Source: Jimgerdemannia flammicorona
Taxonomy: Eukaryota
Assembly (NCBI GenBank): GCA_003990765.1
Contig: RBNJ01000241.1
Location: 1 to 35,758 of the forward strand
Reading direction: 5' to 3'
Length of the DNA stretch: 35,758 bases
The stretch's first letter is position 1; each line of letters begins with the position of its first letter. Of this stretch, positions 1 to 13,323 are shown one piece after another. The notes under the pieces were generated by a model. The model was not told where the DNA came from, did no database searches, and was given only the letters and a program-made list of their open reading frames with translations. Position numbers and translations under genes: made by a program.

Positions 1-64
1 AAAAAAAAAAAAAAAAAATGCGACTCACTCATCTTCCCCCCGTTCATCGAACGCAATTAAAAAT

Positions 65-830
65 CTACACAGCGGATAAAAACAAATCACTGTCAGCACG
101 TTTCCATCTTCCACCCACCTCATGACACCCCAGGCCCGCCAAATCCGCCGATGCCACCGGCTTTGGATCGTCCTTTCCATAGTACACCATCGCTTTTATA
201 AGGGCCAGGAACTCCTCCGGCGGGGCCGACCGCAGGAGGAAATTCAAAAACAATAACATAATAGCAAGCAATCCCTCCCTTCCTCAAATTTCAAGGTTTA
301 AACGACGAATCCACACCGTACGCAACAAGATGATGACAACCCGACGGCACATACCTTCAACTTGATCACGTCCTTAGTGAGATGAGCAGGTATGATTGCA
401 CCACATACCTATTCGCCTTCTTGAAGTCGTAAGAGAGCGCGTAGAGAGAGTCCGTGCTGAGGTCTACCGTCACGCGGAAATCGTAGTTGTAACAAAAACA
501 GCCTGCGCCAATCCTAACCCCCAAATATCGCCCACAAAAGTAAACATCAATCACCTCTTTTCGCCATATACTACACCCTTCTAGAAAAAAAATGAAATAA
601 ATAATATAAACCTTCAACAGGGCCTCCTGATAATCGTGCTTGTTGAGCGGCGCTCTCCCGAGGACTTCTTTCCATGGTTGGACGAGTATATTCATCGCAT
701 TCTTTGTATATAGACAATTGACGATCTCAGCATCCATCTCCAGGGTGGCGAGGACCTCGTAGGTTCTGCGAGGAAGTGAGTACGAGGAAAGTGATGTAAG
801 CGACATCTTCGTTGCAACAGGGAAAACCAA
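65..830 (-). other. Possible fragment of an intron-containing host gene or pseudogene of unknown function
   Basis: Protein-like stretches (LPRRTYEVLATLEMDAEIVNCL...; LLRSAPPEEFLALIKAMVYYG...) and a GTATGT donor-like site near 354. No recognisable domain; exon structure not resolved. Confidence 0.25.
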
Positions 831-1083
831 AAAAAAAACCTGCTAATCCTCCAATTCGGGTATATACCAACGTGATACAAGAAAACAAACATCCGTTCTC
901 ACCTCCGTGTCCAAATCAAATAGCTCAACTCGCCTTCTTTCTTCCCTTCTCTCTCAACGCTAGTTGGTCTAGCGAGCATAATCCTAACGATCATGAAGAA
1001 TGTGTCTCCGTGAGGATTCCCGCGACAACATCGCCGACCTCCTCGACGGAGACGAGTTCCTCCCCAACCTCAAGAGCAACAAC

Positions 1084-1948
1084 AAATCGACACCCCCTGC
1101 ACCGTGCTACACACCTGGGACACCTCGAGGTTGAAAGGTTGCACTTTGTCGACGCTAAGGTGGATCCCAACGCCAAGAAGAATAATGGATGGACGCCGCT
1201 TCACCAAGCTGAGAATAGAAAAAACATCGATATTCTCTGACTTCAAGGCGGACGTCAACGCCAGTAAAGAAGACGATTGGACACCGTTTCACCTCGCTGC
1301 GCTGAACGAGCATGTCAATATTGTGAGGTTGCTCTTGGCCGACTCCAAGACGGACGCTAACGCCAAGACCAACGTCGCTTCACTGGGCTACATTCAACGG
1401 GTACCTCGAGGGTTGTGGGGTTGCTCTTGGCCGACTCCAAGGCGGACGCAAACACCAAGACAAACGATGAAACGATGCCACTTCACTTCGCTGCGCAGAA
1501 CGGGCACGTCGATATTACGAGGTTGCTCTTGGCTGACTCCAAGGCGGACGGCAACGCCAGGACCAACGATGGATGGACGCCGCTTCATTGGGTCATTGGG
1601 TAACGAACATGGAGTACGTTGATATTGTGAGGTTTCTCTTGGCCGACGACATCGCCAGACGAAAAGATGAATGGATGCCCCTTTACTTCGCTGCGCAGAA
1701 CGGGAACGTCGATATTGTGAGGTTGCTCGTGGCCGACTCCAAGGCGGACGCAAACGTCAAGACCAACAATAGAGCGGCGCCGCTTCACCGTGTAGGGCTG
1801 AATGGGTACGTCGAGGTCGTGATATTGCTCGTGGCCGCGGGCGTGAAGGCCAAAAAAAAAAAACGATGGAAGAACGCCGCTTCACACCGCTGCGCAGAAA
1901 GGGCACATTGAGGTCGTGAGGTTGCTCGTGGCCGAGTTTGATAAATGA
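1084..1948 (+). pseudogene. Ankyrin-repeat protein, frameshifted or fragmented
   Basis: About 8 ANK-like units of ~99 bp spread over all three frames (HPLHRATHLGHLEV, GWTPLHQA, WTPFHLAALNEHVNIVRLLL, MPLHFAAQNGHVDITRLLL, DGWTPLHW, MPLYFAAQNGNVDIVRLLV). Near-identical DNA repeats (gttgctcttggccgactccaaggcggacgc). Frame switches lack clear intron signals. Confidence 0.85.
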
Positions 1949-3605
1949 CGAGCGGGATTAAGGTTCAGAAAGAATTCCGCGCGTTAGATCATCGCCAATC
2001 TTTATCAATGGAATTAATCTAAGCGTGTTGCCGAACAGGTTGTAGAACTTGCACGAGGAAGATTGATTATATTTTCGAGGTGGGGAGGATAAGACGAAAT
2101 GAATACAGTATATCAACGGTAGTAAGCAAACATCTCACGGTGTGGCATAGCCGAACTTCCAAGGTGCGTCCATCCTGATGCATACCTTCTCATCCTGCAG
2201 TGGTGTCTGAACAGCTGCTTTAACGCGGCCTTGCTCTTGCTGTCGCCTGTCCTCCAAGTCCGCTATAAACGAAAGCGAGAGAGAGCGAAACCAAAACGAG
2301 AGATCCGATTGTGAGAGAGAGTCCACTAAATAGTGACCGAGTGATCCCCTGGAGACTGACCCCGACCCGCTTGGCGTGCCCCGCGCGTAACATAAAAAAA
2401 AAAAAGGCCAAAACCCATAGTGGCTCAACAGACCCGAGAATTACTGGACCAACGGAACCTTAGTTATCACTGCCCTTACCTTGTAATCACCTCAACGCTC
2501 GTAACCGTCGAGGACGGCTCAGATGCCTCACTCCCCCGCGGATCCTCAGCAACTTGCTTGGGTTTCAGCTGACCAAACCAGGATTTCCCATGGTGGCTTT
2601 TCTGTTGTCATGTGGGAATTGTTTGAATGCGGTGACTTGAAATGGGGACTTATTATTTTAATCGCCTCGACCTTATAAAAGGAATTCCTACCAGGAGAGC
2701 AGCACGAAAGTGAAGGCTGACACGAGAGCGGCCCGAATGCGAAGGTTTGACACAAGAGACGAGGGTTTGAAATCAGAGGGCTATTTTGTAAAAGTGATGA
2801 ACGACAAGGTTGTCTACAGAATGAATCGACGATCCGCAAAAATTATGGCTGCCGAAAGGTGATTGCCGGCTTTAGGTAATACAGGAAATACCATTGAATA
2901 CTGGAGTGGGTCTTTTCAGCTTTGTTAAGGATAAATATAGTAAATATGATCCTTGTGCTTATCGTACTATCTTGAGATGACCCACGTATTAAAGCATAGA
3001 ATGTCGAGAACTACATATCAACCCTCTTCCAAAACCATGTTTTTGCTCATGACTCGTCCAATTGCAGTTCAAACCCAAAGAAGATATATATTTTTATGGC
3101 ATCGTCCCGCAAGTCTATTGAGCATCCACCCGGGTTTTGGGGATAAGGACACCAGACTTGTGGGCGATATGCGGAAATTCGTCTTGTTTATACAGCAATT
3201 GTTATATACCGCGCGAACTTTTGCCAACGATATAGCATCCCGATGGGTCGCAAAGGTTCACGTCGTCAATCGGCTATATTCAACTGCGTATTTGGATATA
3301 TACAACTATTTTGTACCAACCATGATTAATCTCACTAACATTTGGATGACCCCAAATATTCCCTCGCTGAATTTTGGTTCGGTTTCTGTCACTGTTACAC
3401 GATCGCGGCAAGTTTGTCAATTTTCGGCATTGTCGTTCCTGGCCCATTCCGTCCGGTGAATAGAGCGAGTAGGCAAAAACAAATCGACCGACACATACTT
3501 TTGATAATAATATCATAATCAACACAGCCTCTTTAATATTTTGCCCACCAAATAACTTTCGATCGAAACTTTGAATGCAGGATTGCGGACGTGGGTTGCA
3601 CTGAG

Positions 3606-3644
<39 letters not shown>
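3606..3644. repeat. T20-A19 homopolymer palindrome
   Basis: Read directly: 20 T followed by 19 A. Confidence 0.9.
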
Positions 3645-3645
<1 letters not shown>

Positions 3646-4405
3646 GGTTGAAGCCGTACCCCTTGAGGCGACCAATTTTTACGGCCTTGACTACATAAAT
3701 AAGTTAGCAAGGAAAAACAAACCGCTGTGCTACCTGACAACTTGGGGAGGGATTTACATTACAGATCAAGATACGAAACCTAGTCAATGTGCGGAAGCTT
3801 TTTCGTTTGACAATTCCGCATCGGGCAATGGTGTAGGCGCTGGACCCGAGTTCTCTTTTTCCCATTTTGACGCCTGCATGCCAACGTGTCATTAATCAAT
3901 ATAAACTAATGGAGTTCGCAAGATACGAACCAGAAACGTATTGGATACTAACAAACGAGTTCCGTCGAATTTGAATTCGGAATCATGTTAAATACTCCGG
4001 AAGCGATTGAGTGCTCACACCCTACAGTATTCGATTACTGGCGTCTCGTAGCGCAGTGAAGCTAATGGTGAACTGGCATACATCTATTGACCCTGACAAT
4101 ATTGCTTACACAGTAAGTTCTTGTAACTGATATTCAGTCTCCCTGATAAGCCTTTAATCATTTTTCTTTTTTCTTTTTTCTTTTTCCGAAACACCTCTTG
4201 TGGCCGGAAATTATCCCACAAACTAAGGAATTCGACGAACTCACATTTGAGCTTTCATCACATCTTTTACGAGGTGAGAATTCAAACAAACACCAATCGT
4301 TACCGAATTCAGCTGCGCACCCGACAGTTCTCTCTAATAAAACCCTGCCGAATTGCATCATACCATGCAGCAAGTCGCTCAACTCGTATCGTTTGGTAGC
4401 AAATC

Positions 4406-7400
4406 ATGGCCACAACTACAAATCCAGAAGAAGTCATGGCTAACCCAGGGTTCGAAATGCTCGATATCCAGGAAGTTACCGTCGCCACCAAAGAACCAAT
4501 CGCTACATCCACAGAGGAGATTCCTATCGGTGACTACAACTTTGTCACGAAGGGTATGATGAAAATTGGATCGATGACAACAATTGCATCTACAGTTGGT
4601 GGCGCCACCGCCGCTGGGCGCCTATTCAAAGAAGACTCCCAAAACACCATGGTCGGAATCGGCCGAACACAATCCGAAGACCAAATCACAATTGACGTAA
4701 CCGATGAGAATATAGGTGATGAGAAATATGGCCAGAAGCCGTCCAACACCAAACCGACGATCGTCGCCGGTGACATTTCCGGCGATGGCCACCACTTTGC
4801 GACGCTGAACAGCGATGGCACCTCTGCCGCATGGGAATACTCGGAGCACTCAAAAACCTGGACCAGAACCGCACAGTCGAAACATGCAGCCAATCTCTAC
4901 ACGATGATATCAATATCTTGCAAAGGTGAATACATCGCGCTGTCGAAATGGTGCTTGGGGCGCAGCGAACGGCATCGAACACCATCAACCATGTTCCCCT
5001 CTCGAACTGACCTCCGCGAGGGCTTCGAACCACTGTCTGACGATGAATCGAAGCACGAAATACTGGGTACGGACGCACAATTCACTCTGATTGCCACCGG
5101 GAATGACAACTTCCAAATGCCGGAAAGCCTGAGGGGCCTCTACGGCGGTGCGGTTTTCACCGACGACGAGAAGTATCTCGTCATTTACAACGACGAAGTC
5201 ATCGTCACATTCGACACGACCACTTGGCGGCGCAAAAAAAGATTTGATGTCAGGTATTACGCCCATCAGTCCTCCCTGCAGCCTTTACTCAAAAGCGGCC
5301 TCTTTCACACCAAAACTCCCACCACACCGCTGGAGATTTGGCCTATCGATGGACACAGTGCCAAAATCACCATTCATGACAAATATCAACAAGGTTTGGT
5401 GCCGCGGTTTTTTGGTGTGGTAAAGGCCTCCATCTCAGTGCTTTTGATGTTGCGAATGAAACAGGATGAACGCTACTTTACAGGAATATATGTTGAGACA
5501 GGAGCGATATTATTTGAGAAGCTCACGAAAGTACCCCCAAAGACGCTTTTGGACTTACCTATTCGCGCGATTGAGTCGTGGATCAATTTACACAACATTG
5601 GAGAACTCAAAAACGCTACATCGCACGGTTTGCTACTCTCGGCAACCGACATTACAACTACCGCTGTCTCAAACAATCCTGGTGCTCCGCGCTTTACTCT
5701 GAACAAAAATATTGATCCCCATACCGGCATAGACGTGGATAATGTGCAAGAAATAACGGATAATGGCGTTGAAGTTGGCGGATTCCATTACTACAACAAC
5801 TTGGATATATTCTCAAGGAAGTTCACGCTCGATGGAACAGCGGAAATCCAACGCGAACGCGCACAAGCTCAACCGTTTCCGGCAGTATCAGGCCCCGGGA
5901 AACAGTACCTCTTGGTTGATCCACACTTTGTCGATGTCAATCCTTCAATCTCGGAGAGCTCGTTGGAGCGCTCGTTGGAGACCTTAGACTCGTCGGATGT
6001 TATAATTTTACCCCCGCCAGATGGGGTGATAAAGTGTAATCTCGGCATCAAAGTCGAACAAATTACTTCCTCCAGTTTTTGGATGAATAAGAGTAAGAAC
6101 GACATTAATTTCGTCATCGTGTACATATCCGAATCCGATATCCCCAGTCGTCGATCTCGCCGCAAGTATCTTGAGCACGTCACGTTTTGGCACGCTGTCG
6201 TAGATGGAAACAATGATGTCACCGCACAACTATGCGATTGGAGGATTTTTTACGACAGTGAAGATACTAGCGTTGAATCTTTTGCACGAGTCGGCAAAGA
6301 TCTGGTACGGCTCAGACTTAGGGTGGGTTCTTCACCGAAGCAAAACACTCTCATCTTGGACGGCAAGTTGGATGGCGGCCAGCGATGGCTCCAGCGTATC
6401 AAACATTTGTTGCAGCACTACAATTATCTTTGGCAACCGGATCCACATTTCCATAGACCTACCATCAACTGGAAAGCACACAAACTGTATATGGATTTCG
6501 CTCTTTCGATTCTCGACAAAGCAGCAAGAGAACAACCGGAGTTGTTCAATATTATTGTTGATGGTCAAACCCCGATGGAACTACTCGTACGGCTTGCAAG
6601 TCTGGCTGCCGATAAGTCTGACACCCGCAATCTGGAAAAAATTATGAAGATTATTAGAGCAGTGGTATCAAGTCCGAAGTGGATTCCTCTCTTTCACGAC
6701 TACAAAGACAGTCCGCTGGCAACATCCATCACAGACAATCAAGATATCCTTCAGTTGATGGCTCATTCCATTGTGAATCGGGTGGTAGGCATTAACGGCA
6801 AACAGGATATACGGCAAGCTAGTCTATCTGCAACTCTTGTACGGGTGCTTCATAAGATCCAGAATCATCGCCAAGTGTTGGCTTACATTGGCAAGAGGTT
6901 CTCGTACGTTCCATACGATCACTCGGTTGAAGAATTTGAACCTGGCAAGATCTACACGCGCTACAACCACTTGTATCCATACATTCATAGGCGTCCGTCA
7001 CCCTACGGTTCACATTTCCTCATACGCCTTTTCGGGAACACTTTCGTCAAGCGATGGTCGCCGGTGATTTCACTTCTGTTTAGGGTTGCCAAGCTTATCA
7101 TCATCTCGAAACTGCCGTTGGCGGAACCACCATCACCATTACTGGCCACCATGCTGTGCTACGTCCCGCTTCAAGACCTGTGTGTATACAAGGAGTATCC
7201 TAGGGCCATTTACAAGACCTATGTCGCTCCACGCAGTCCATTTGTCAACATCGCAAACAGCGGGCGCCGAGACCTCGCCGAGCCGATGCTCGAGGCGGTC
7301 GTGAACTACAAATGGGTTGCCTTTGCCCGCAACCGGTTCTGGGCAAGGTTCATCCTTTTCGTCCTCTATTTTATCGCCTTCGCCGTGGCGTCTGCCAAGT

Positions 7401-8866
7401 CCACCGAAGCCAACCTTTATATCTCGGACGAATCTCGCTTTTCAATGCTCATTATTACGGTCACATTGGGAACCATGTTAGCGTTACATGAGTTGCATCA
7501 GCTATCGGCTCAGGGTCGCGACTACTGGAAAACTGCATACAACTATATCGACATAATCCAGCTCGGTTTCACCCTCACGTACGCCTGGTGGGACTTGAAC
7601 TTTCCCCTAACACCCCCGCCAATCTGGATTGCTAGTTTTGCGATCCTCGGGATGTGGACACATCTGCTACTGGAGCTTCGCGTCTTCCGCAACATCGGTG
7701 TCTTCATCGTCGTCGTCATTGAGATTTTCGTCAAGGCAGCTCCCTTCCTCATCGTTCTCCTGATTACGATCGTCGGCTTTGCGCACTCGCTGTTCATTCT
7801 TCTTCACAAGGACACCCCTGACGGCGCGTCTGGGTCAAATCCGTTCGCGAGAATTGGGAATGCGATTAACAGCGTCTTCTTCTTCCTGGGCGGGGACTAC
7901 AGTACCATTTCGAACTTCGGGCTGGATTACAGCCAGTACAGCTCGTTGGTTTCCATCCGTATCTTATTCTCATTGGTATCCGTCGTCGTTCTAATGAATA
8001 TTCTCATTGCGCTTCTCGTAAGGATTTCGTTTCCATTTTTGAGCTGTGGATATTCTTCACGTGTAAATCGATAGTCTGATTGTTCTAATTTTGCAGAATA
8101 GCACCTATGCAGAAACATTTGCGGACGCCAACCGTACTTGGATTATGGTATTCTGTTTGCGATTGCATTCCCGGAGATTTATCTTCGTATGTTTATTGCA
8201 TATGTGTAGATCTTAACTATTTCTTTATCGTCATCCACAATATAGGAAATGGCTTCGCTTGTGGCGGAAATTGAACAGTTTTTGATGACGCCTCGGCAGC
8301 GCCGCGACCCAACATGGTTCCCACGTTATGTTTTATACTTTGGTAATTGCGATTTCGTTGTCTGCATATCTCTAAAGAGTCGCTATTTCCTCATAATCGA
8401 AATGTAAGAATTGAAATATCTTTATTCTTGTTGTCCAGCTCATATTGACAAAATTCGCGAATACAAGGATAGCCATGATACCGAGTTCAAAAAGGAAGAG
8501 AAGGAAAAAAGAAATATTGGGGAGATGGACGCAGCCTTAGAGTTCGCAGACTACACGTTAAAATGGCCGATAGGAGTGTGGCTTGATTCGGAGAAGGGTG
8601 TCGTGGGCCCCAAGGATGCCAAGGATGCCGAGGATACCAAGGATGCCAAGGATGCGGAGAATGCCAAGGATGCCAAGGATGCCGAGGATACCAGTGGTCA
8701 TGATGGCCACGACGTCTCCGAGGACAGTTATAGTAAGAAGTACAAAGGCGTGGCCAAGCGCGACAAAACGGCTTCGAATACCATTTCAAATGCCGAAGTT
8801 TCAGAGCTGAAGGCCCTGTTGCGTGCGGCGTTGAAGAGGTTGGGAGATATTGCGGACGATGATTGA
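4406..8866 (+). CDS. TRP-like 6-TM cation channel with a long N-terminal cytosolic region; exons 4406-8017, 8097-8147, 8246-8342, 8439-8866 (~1395 aa)
   Basis: 1204-codon first exon containing LEAVVNYKW, six hydrophobic helices, LLELRVF, a pore region (NPF...SVFFFLGGDYS) and S6 VVLMNILIALL. Three GT-AG introns splice in frame to NSTYAETFADANRTWIM / EMASLVAEIEQFLMTPRQRRDPTWFPRYVLYF / AHIDKIREY, a C-terminal signature typical of fungal TRP-like channels. Total 4188 nt, divisible by 3. Confidence 0.88.
8612..8692 (+). repeat. Coding minisatellite, 3 x 27 bp built from 9-bp subunits (KDAKDAEDT / KDAKDAENA / KDAKDAEDT)
   Basis: aaggatgcc-based tandem units in the last TRP exon. Confidence 0.9.
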
Positions 8867-10396
8867 GTAGTGAAAGGGGTTTGGAGCGTGCCAGCTTAGG
8901 GTATTCGTTTGAAGTGCTCCTTGCCGTGAGTCTGAACGACTTTGGCGGATGATGTTCGGTGTTTTCATTTTTTTTTTTTTTGCTTGGGTTTCGATTATTT
9001 TATGTTCACACCCCTTTCGATGCTATTCTCGCTTGGCTTTTCTTCCATTTGTTCGATTATTTGAGGTCAACCAACGAAACCTTGAATAAATATTTTGTTT
9101 CACAAAAAATTGGGGTTGCTGATAGTATGTTAACAACAGCGGTTCTACATCGCTATGACGATCAGATATCAGTCCCGCGACATAACGTTTGAGCTCTATT
9201 TTTAAGCCCAGCCCGCACCGCGAGCCACCCATAGCCACACAGATGAAATGTCCAGCCTGCGCTTGAATATAATCATTACGTGTTTAATTAAACCTGGGCG
9301 TTGCCCAGGACCCACACATTTGACTTTAAGAATGCATCATGGTGAAATGCGGGAATCGCAGGCCGTATTTTTCTCTCACTGACCAAAGTCCTGATATAAT
9401 ATTTGGGCTACATGTGATCAGTAAATCATTTGAAAACTAAGCATCAGTATATTTTGTATTAAGCTGTTAGATTAACCCCTTTTTTTTGCCGCCCTCCCCC
9501 CCATTGTCCCAAAATCAGTATTAGTAAAAAAAAATAAAATTATCAGCCAAGAAACCATTATACGTGTGCGCTCCAAGCATCGATTTATTTATTTATTACC
9601 TCAGTATAAGAGCAATTCATTACTCCGAAGCTAATGCACGGTATTCTGATTCCGATTACCAAAGGCATTTTTGGATATCTCGGATCCTACGGATACATCT
9701 GAGCCGGACAACGCTTCGAGTATAGAAAGTGAGAATGGGATTAAGGAAGCATGTTATCGGTAAAAGGTTCATTGATATCCAAAGATCTCCACTCGACCAC
9801 ACCTTGTAAAGATTTCGACACCGGCCAGGACAACGACGGTTTACGGCATCTACGACCGGCTCAATTAAACGTGCCCCCCAGCCAGATGGTTTTCTGGGGC
9901 GAATCCCTACACACCGATATCGAACCTTTGTAGCTTCGGTGCCCTGTTTTGACGGTATTGCAGCATCATACTTCCGCGAGAAGATGCCTCTACACGGAAA
10001 ACCCCGTTATTGAAATAGACGAACGGAGAGTCACCTACAAGCATGCTCCTCCTGTTGAGGGTCGCTTTAAAAAATTTGAATTCGCCAGTCGGCTGTTATT
10101 AAAAGTTTGACATAAATGTCATTTAGTGAACTGACGATAGTCCTTGGATTATCTCAACAATACGGTTTGTTTATTCGTTCAGGAGGAAGGGAGACAAACA
10201 ATGCGTTCGCGATGGATGTTTCATCATCGCTTTCACCCTGATTCGAATAGATTCAAGAACATTTTTATCTGGTATATATTAGCACATTTTGGTTTTAATT
10301 TCAACCTCCTTTTCCCACCTGCGGCAACAAATTGATCCCGCGTTACTCTATCCAAAAGTCTCTCTGAAGACCAACCAAGACCCCCAACCACTCATC

Positions 10397-12000
10397 CTAC
10401 AACTCATCTCTACCCTCCTTCTTCTCCTCACCCTTTCCCTCGACCCTCTCTTATACCTCGACGACCTCCACCTCACCCACAAATTTCCAGCTACCAACCC
10501 TTCCTCCCTTGGTATTCTCTAACCATTTCTGCATTCCCTGTTCCTCCCATGCGCCGATGAAGGGCCTGTACATCTTGCCAGGGTGCACTACAATCATGGC
10601 TGCGGGGTCCGCAGGGATGTCAAACTTGCTTATGATCTTGTCCTCCTGCGACGCGTAGATCCACAAGAAGCGGAAGGGGCCCGAGGTTAAACGCACCTCG
10701 CTTCAGGGATGCGAGCAAGGAAAGGTGGTCGTGTACGCCGCGGCCGTCAACGGGTCGTCCGGGTGCAAGGTTGAGAGGATGGTAAGGATGAGAGAGAGAG
10801 GCAATGGGTCGTGAGCGCGGATTGGGAGGTGATCTCGGTGATCGTTGGGTCAACTGTGATAGAGGATTCGGGAAAATGTTTAGGGACTGTGAGGACAAAC
10901 GAGATTGCTCAAAAACCCCACAGCAGCGCACTCTCGTCCACAACAGACCTCCCCTTGCTCACATTCAACCTTCTTCAGCTTCTTTCTTCTTGGCCTCCTC
11001 GATGAACTTTTTAATTCTGCCTGCCGGCATAGACAATGCCTCACCCGGGATGGCCATAACCCTTTGACACCGGGTTGGCCAGTTCCGTATTACGCACCCT
11101 CGCCCAGCAGATTGTGGTTGTCGAGGTCCACCAAGAGCGTCTTGTATAGTGCCGGTGTTGCGGAGTTTTTTGTGAAAAAGAGGGGTCGCGTTCAGTTTAG
11201 AGTGAGTGGGAGTGTATGAGAGTTCCGGCGAGAGCGAGAGGGAATGCATTTTACCTCGGTCACCAGGAAATCGTCAATGGAGACAGTCTTCTTGGAAGTC
11301 TTGCCGGCGACGTCACTCTTGACGAAGTGCAGGATGGACGGCATCATCAAAAGGAGATGGTCAGCAATGGGCTTGGCTTCGCGCGGACACTGATAGTATG
11401 CATGTTAGGGGTGGGGGGTTTTCGTCGAGCGTCAATCAACCGCCGCACGAGGCCAAAAAAATAAAAATAGAAATAAAAATAAAGGACATACTACCAGAGG
11501 GCTTCGAGGCAAAAACGCCGGGTTTTTTTTGTCTTCTTTGAGCTCCGGCGGGAATACTTTGATGGGAGGGAATCCTTTGACCTCAAAGTGGCTACATAGG
11601 TTTGTTAGCCTCAACGTCGCAGTATGTCGCGACGACCTTAAATAGACCGTTGAGGTTCGCGGCAGCTTTATTCCACCCGGGGGCGAGGCTATGTGGTTGG
11701 GAAGGGAGGAAGATGTTAGTTGGACGAAGAACAAGGAAAAAATGTCGGGGTAAAGATAGACGTACCGCTGGTAGTAGCCGCACCAGGTGGCGTGGCGATG
11801 AGGTGCTGTGGGGAGAGGGGAGGTGGAGGGTGGGCACGATGTTAATTTTTAGGGTGGTATATACATGTTCAAACAATCTATAATATGGTAGACAATCCAA
11901 CGGAGGAGTGAAAAGCGAGACCCGTTTCCAAAGGTTCCGCTCCGAAGCCTACCTCAGTATCAGTAATCTCCCTCTTGAGTGATCTGGAACAGACGAGTCA
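10397..12000 (-). pseudogene. Protein disulfide isomerase (Mpd1/PDIA6-like thioredoxin family), degenerate
   Basis: Active-site region reads HATWCGYYQR (cf. YAPWCGHCQ), then a GTACGT intron, then LAPGWNKAAANLNGLFKVVATYCDVEANKP and FEVKGFPPIKVF. The C-terminus GPFRFLWI...EVEVVEV*ERVEGKGEEKKEGRDEL* carries an RDEL ER-retention signal. Internal stops and frameshifts; 5' end not resolved. Confidence 0.8.
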
Positions 12001-12150
12001 CGTATACAATTTTTCTCCGTGATAATGTAATTATATACACACGTTCGGCGAATAGAGAAGCAAACCAGACCAAGGTTTTTGGTCACCAAAATCACATGCT
12101 CTTTCCCTTTGGTAAATAGTATCAGACAATTGGTGCAGACTCTATAATAC

Positions 12151-13319
12151 TGTGACGAGCAGTATAACCATACCACTGAAAGATAAATTAGCCACATACC
12201 ATATCCAGTGCACTAGGCAACCAAGACTGCTTTACTGCGCCAACCTGTATAATTAGCCAGAGATACCAGAAACAGTATGTTTACCTGTATATACTGAACC
12301 AGTACACCATACTGGTCCAGTACACTGTACTATCCAGGAACACTTGTCATAGATAGTCATCTATAATTAGCCATATAGCAACCAGGTAGCAACCACAACT
12401 ATATAAAATACACCAGAGACAAGAGTGAATAAACCTTAGTCTAAAAAGTCAAAGAAAAGCAGAAAGCTTCCTTTTTCACTCTGGTCCACTTTCTGATACA
12501 AAGATTGGTATACTTGCCAGACTAAGCCAGAAGAGAACAAGTCCAAAAAGTTCAAAAACAAAAGATAAGTCTGCCTACCATACTTTGAGAGGAACTTCAA
12601 AGCCACTACTAGGAGATTGTGAGCTTACTTTCCCTACTCTAGTTCACTTTCTGATACAAAGAGCAAGTTCTAGAGTATTTGCTACCTAAGTTTAAGGAAG
12701 AACTTTGCCACCATTTTCAAGAGAAATCTATTATATTTTAGTCTACTTGCTAGATAAGTCTGAAGAATCTAAGAATCTACCTCTTATCACAAAACCAGTC
12801 TTCTGATACATATAACTTTGCAGTAGAGCCAGTCCATCTGATATAACTCTATGCAAATGAAGCCAGTCTTGACATAACTTTACCAAGAGAAGAATCTAAG
12901 TTATTATTCAAGAAGTCTACTATTCTCAGAGAGTCCACTTTCAGAAACCTTGCCATAAGCCAATCTATCTGATACAACTTCACAGTAGAGCTAGTCTATC
13001 TGATATAACCCCATGCAAATGAAGCCAGTCTTTGATATAACTTTGCCAAGAATCTGTCATCTGAGTTATTTCTCAGAGAGTCTACCAATTCAGAAAAAAT
13101 CTACATTATCTACTATTTTCAAGTTATCTGAGTTATCTGAGTTATCAAGTTATCTACTATTTCCAGAGAAGTCTACTAATTTAGGAGAATCTATACCAAA
13201 ACTGAGTTATCTAAATTATCTGCCAAATCAAGCTATCTATTAACTGCTTATTAAGGAATCTACTGAATCTACTAAGATCATCATACAGAAATAACATACT
13301 TTTGAAGATCATTATGACA
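12151..13319 (+). mobile_element. Old solo LTR related to the LTRs of the Gypsy element at 14540
   Basis: TGT...ACA ends; flanks ATAC (12147-12150) and ATAT (13320-13323) form a 4-bp TSD with one C>T. Colinear blocks are shared with the 14540 LTR (taattagcc-agataccaga...gtttacctgt; gagtgaataaacc; ctctggtccactttc; catacttttgaa). No PBS-gag follows. Confidence 0.75.
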
Positions 13320-13323
13320 ATAT

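Noticed and set aside
2953..3459. 168-aa ORF upstream of the TRP gene
   Set aside because: TTG start, no recognisable motif, composition not convincingly coding.
8487..8810. Alternative-frame repeat peptides (HPWHPW / RMPRMP)
   Set aside because: By-products of the 9-bp minisatellite in the TRP last exon.
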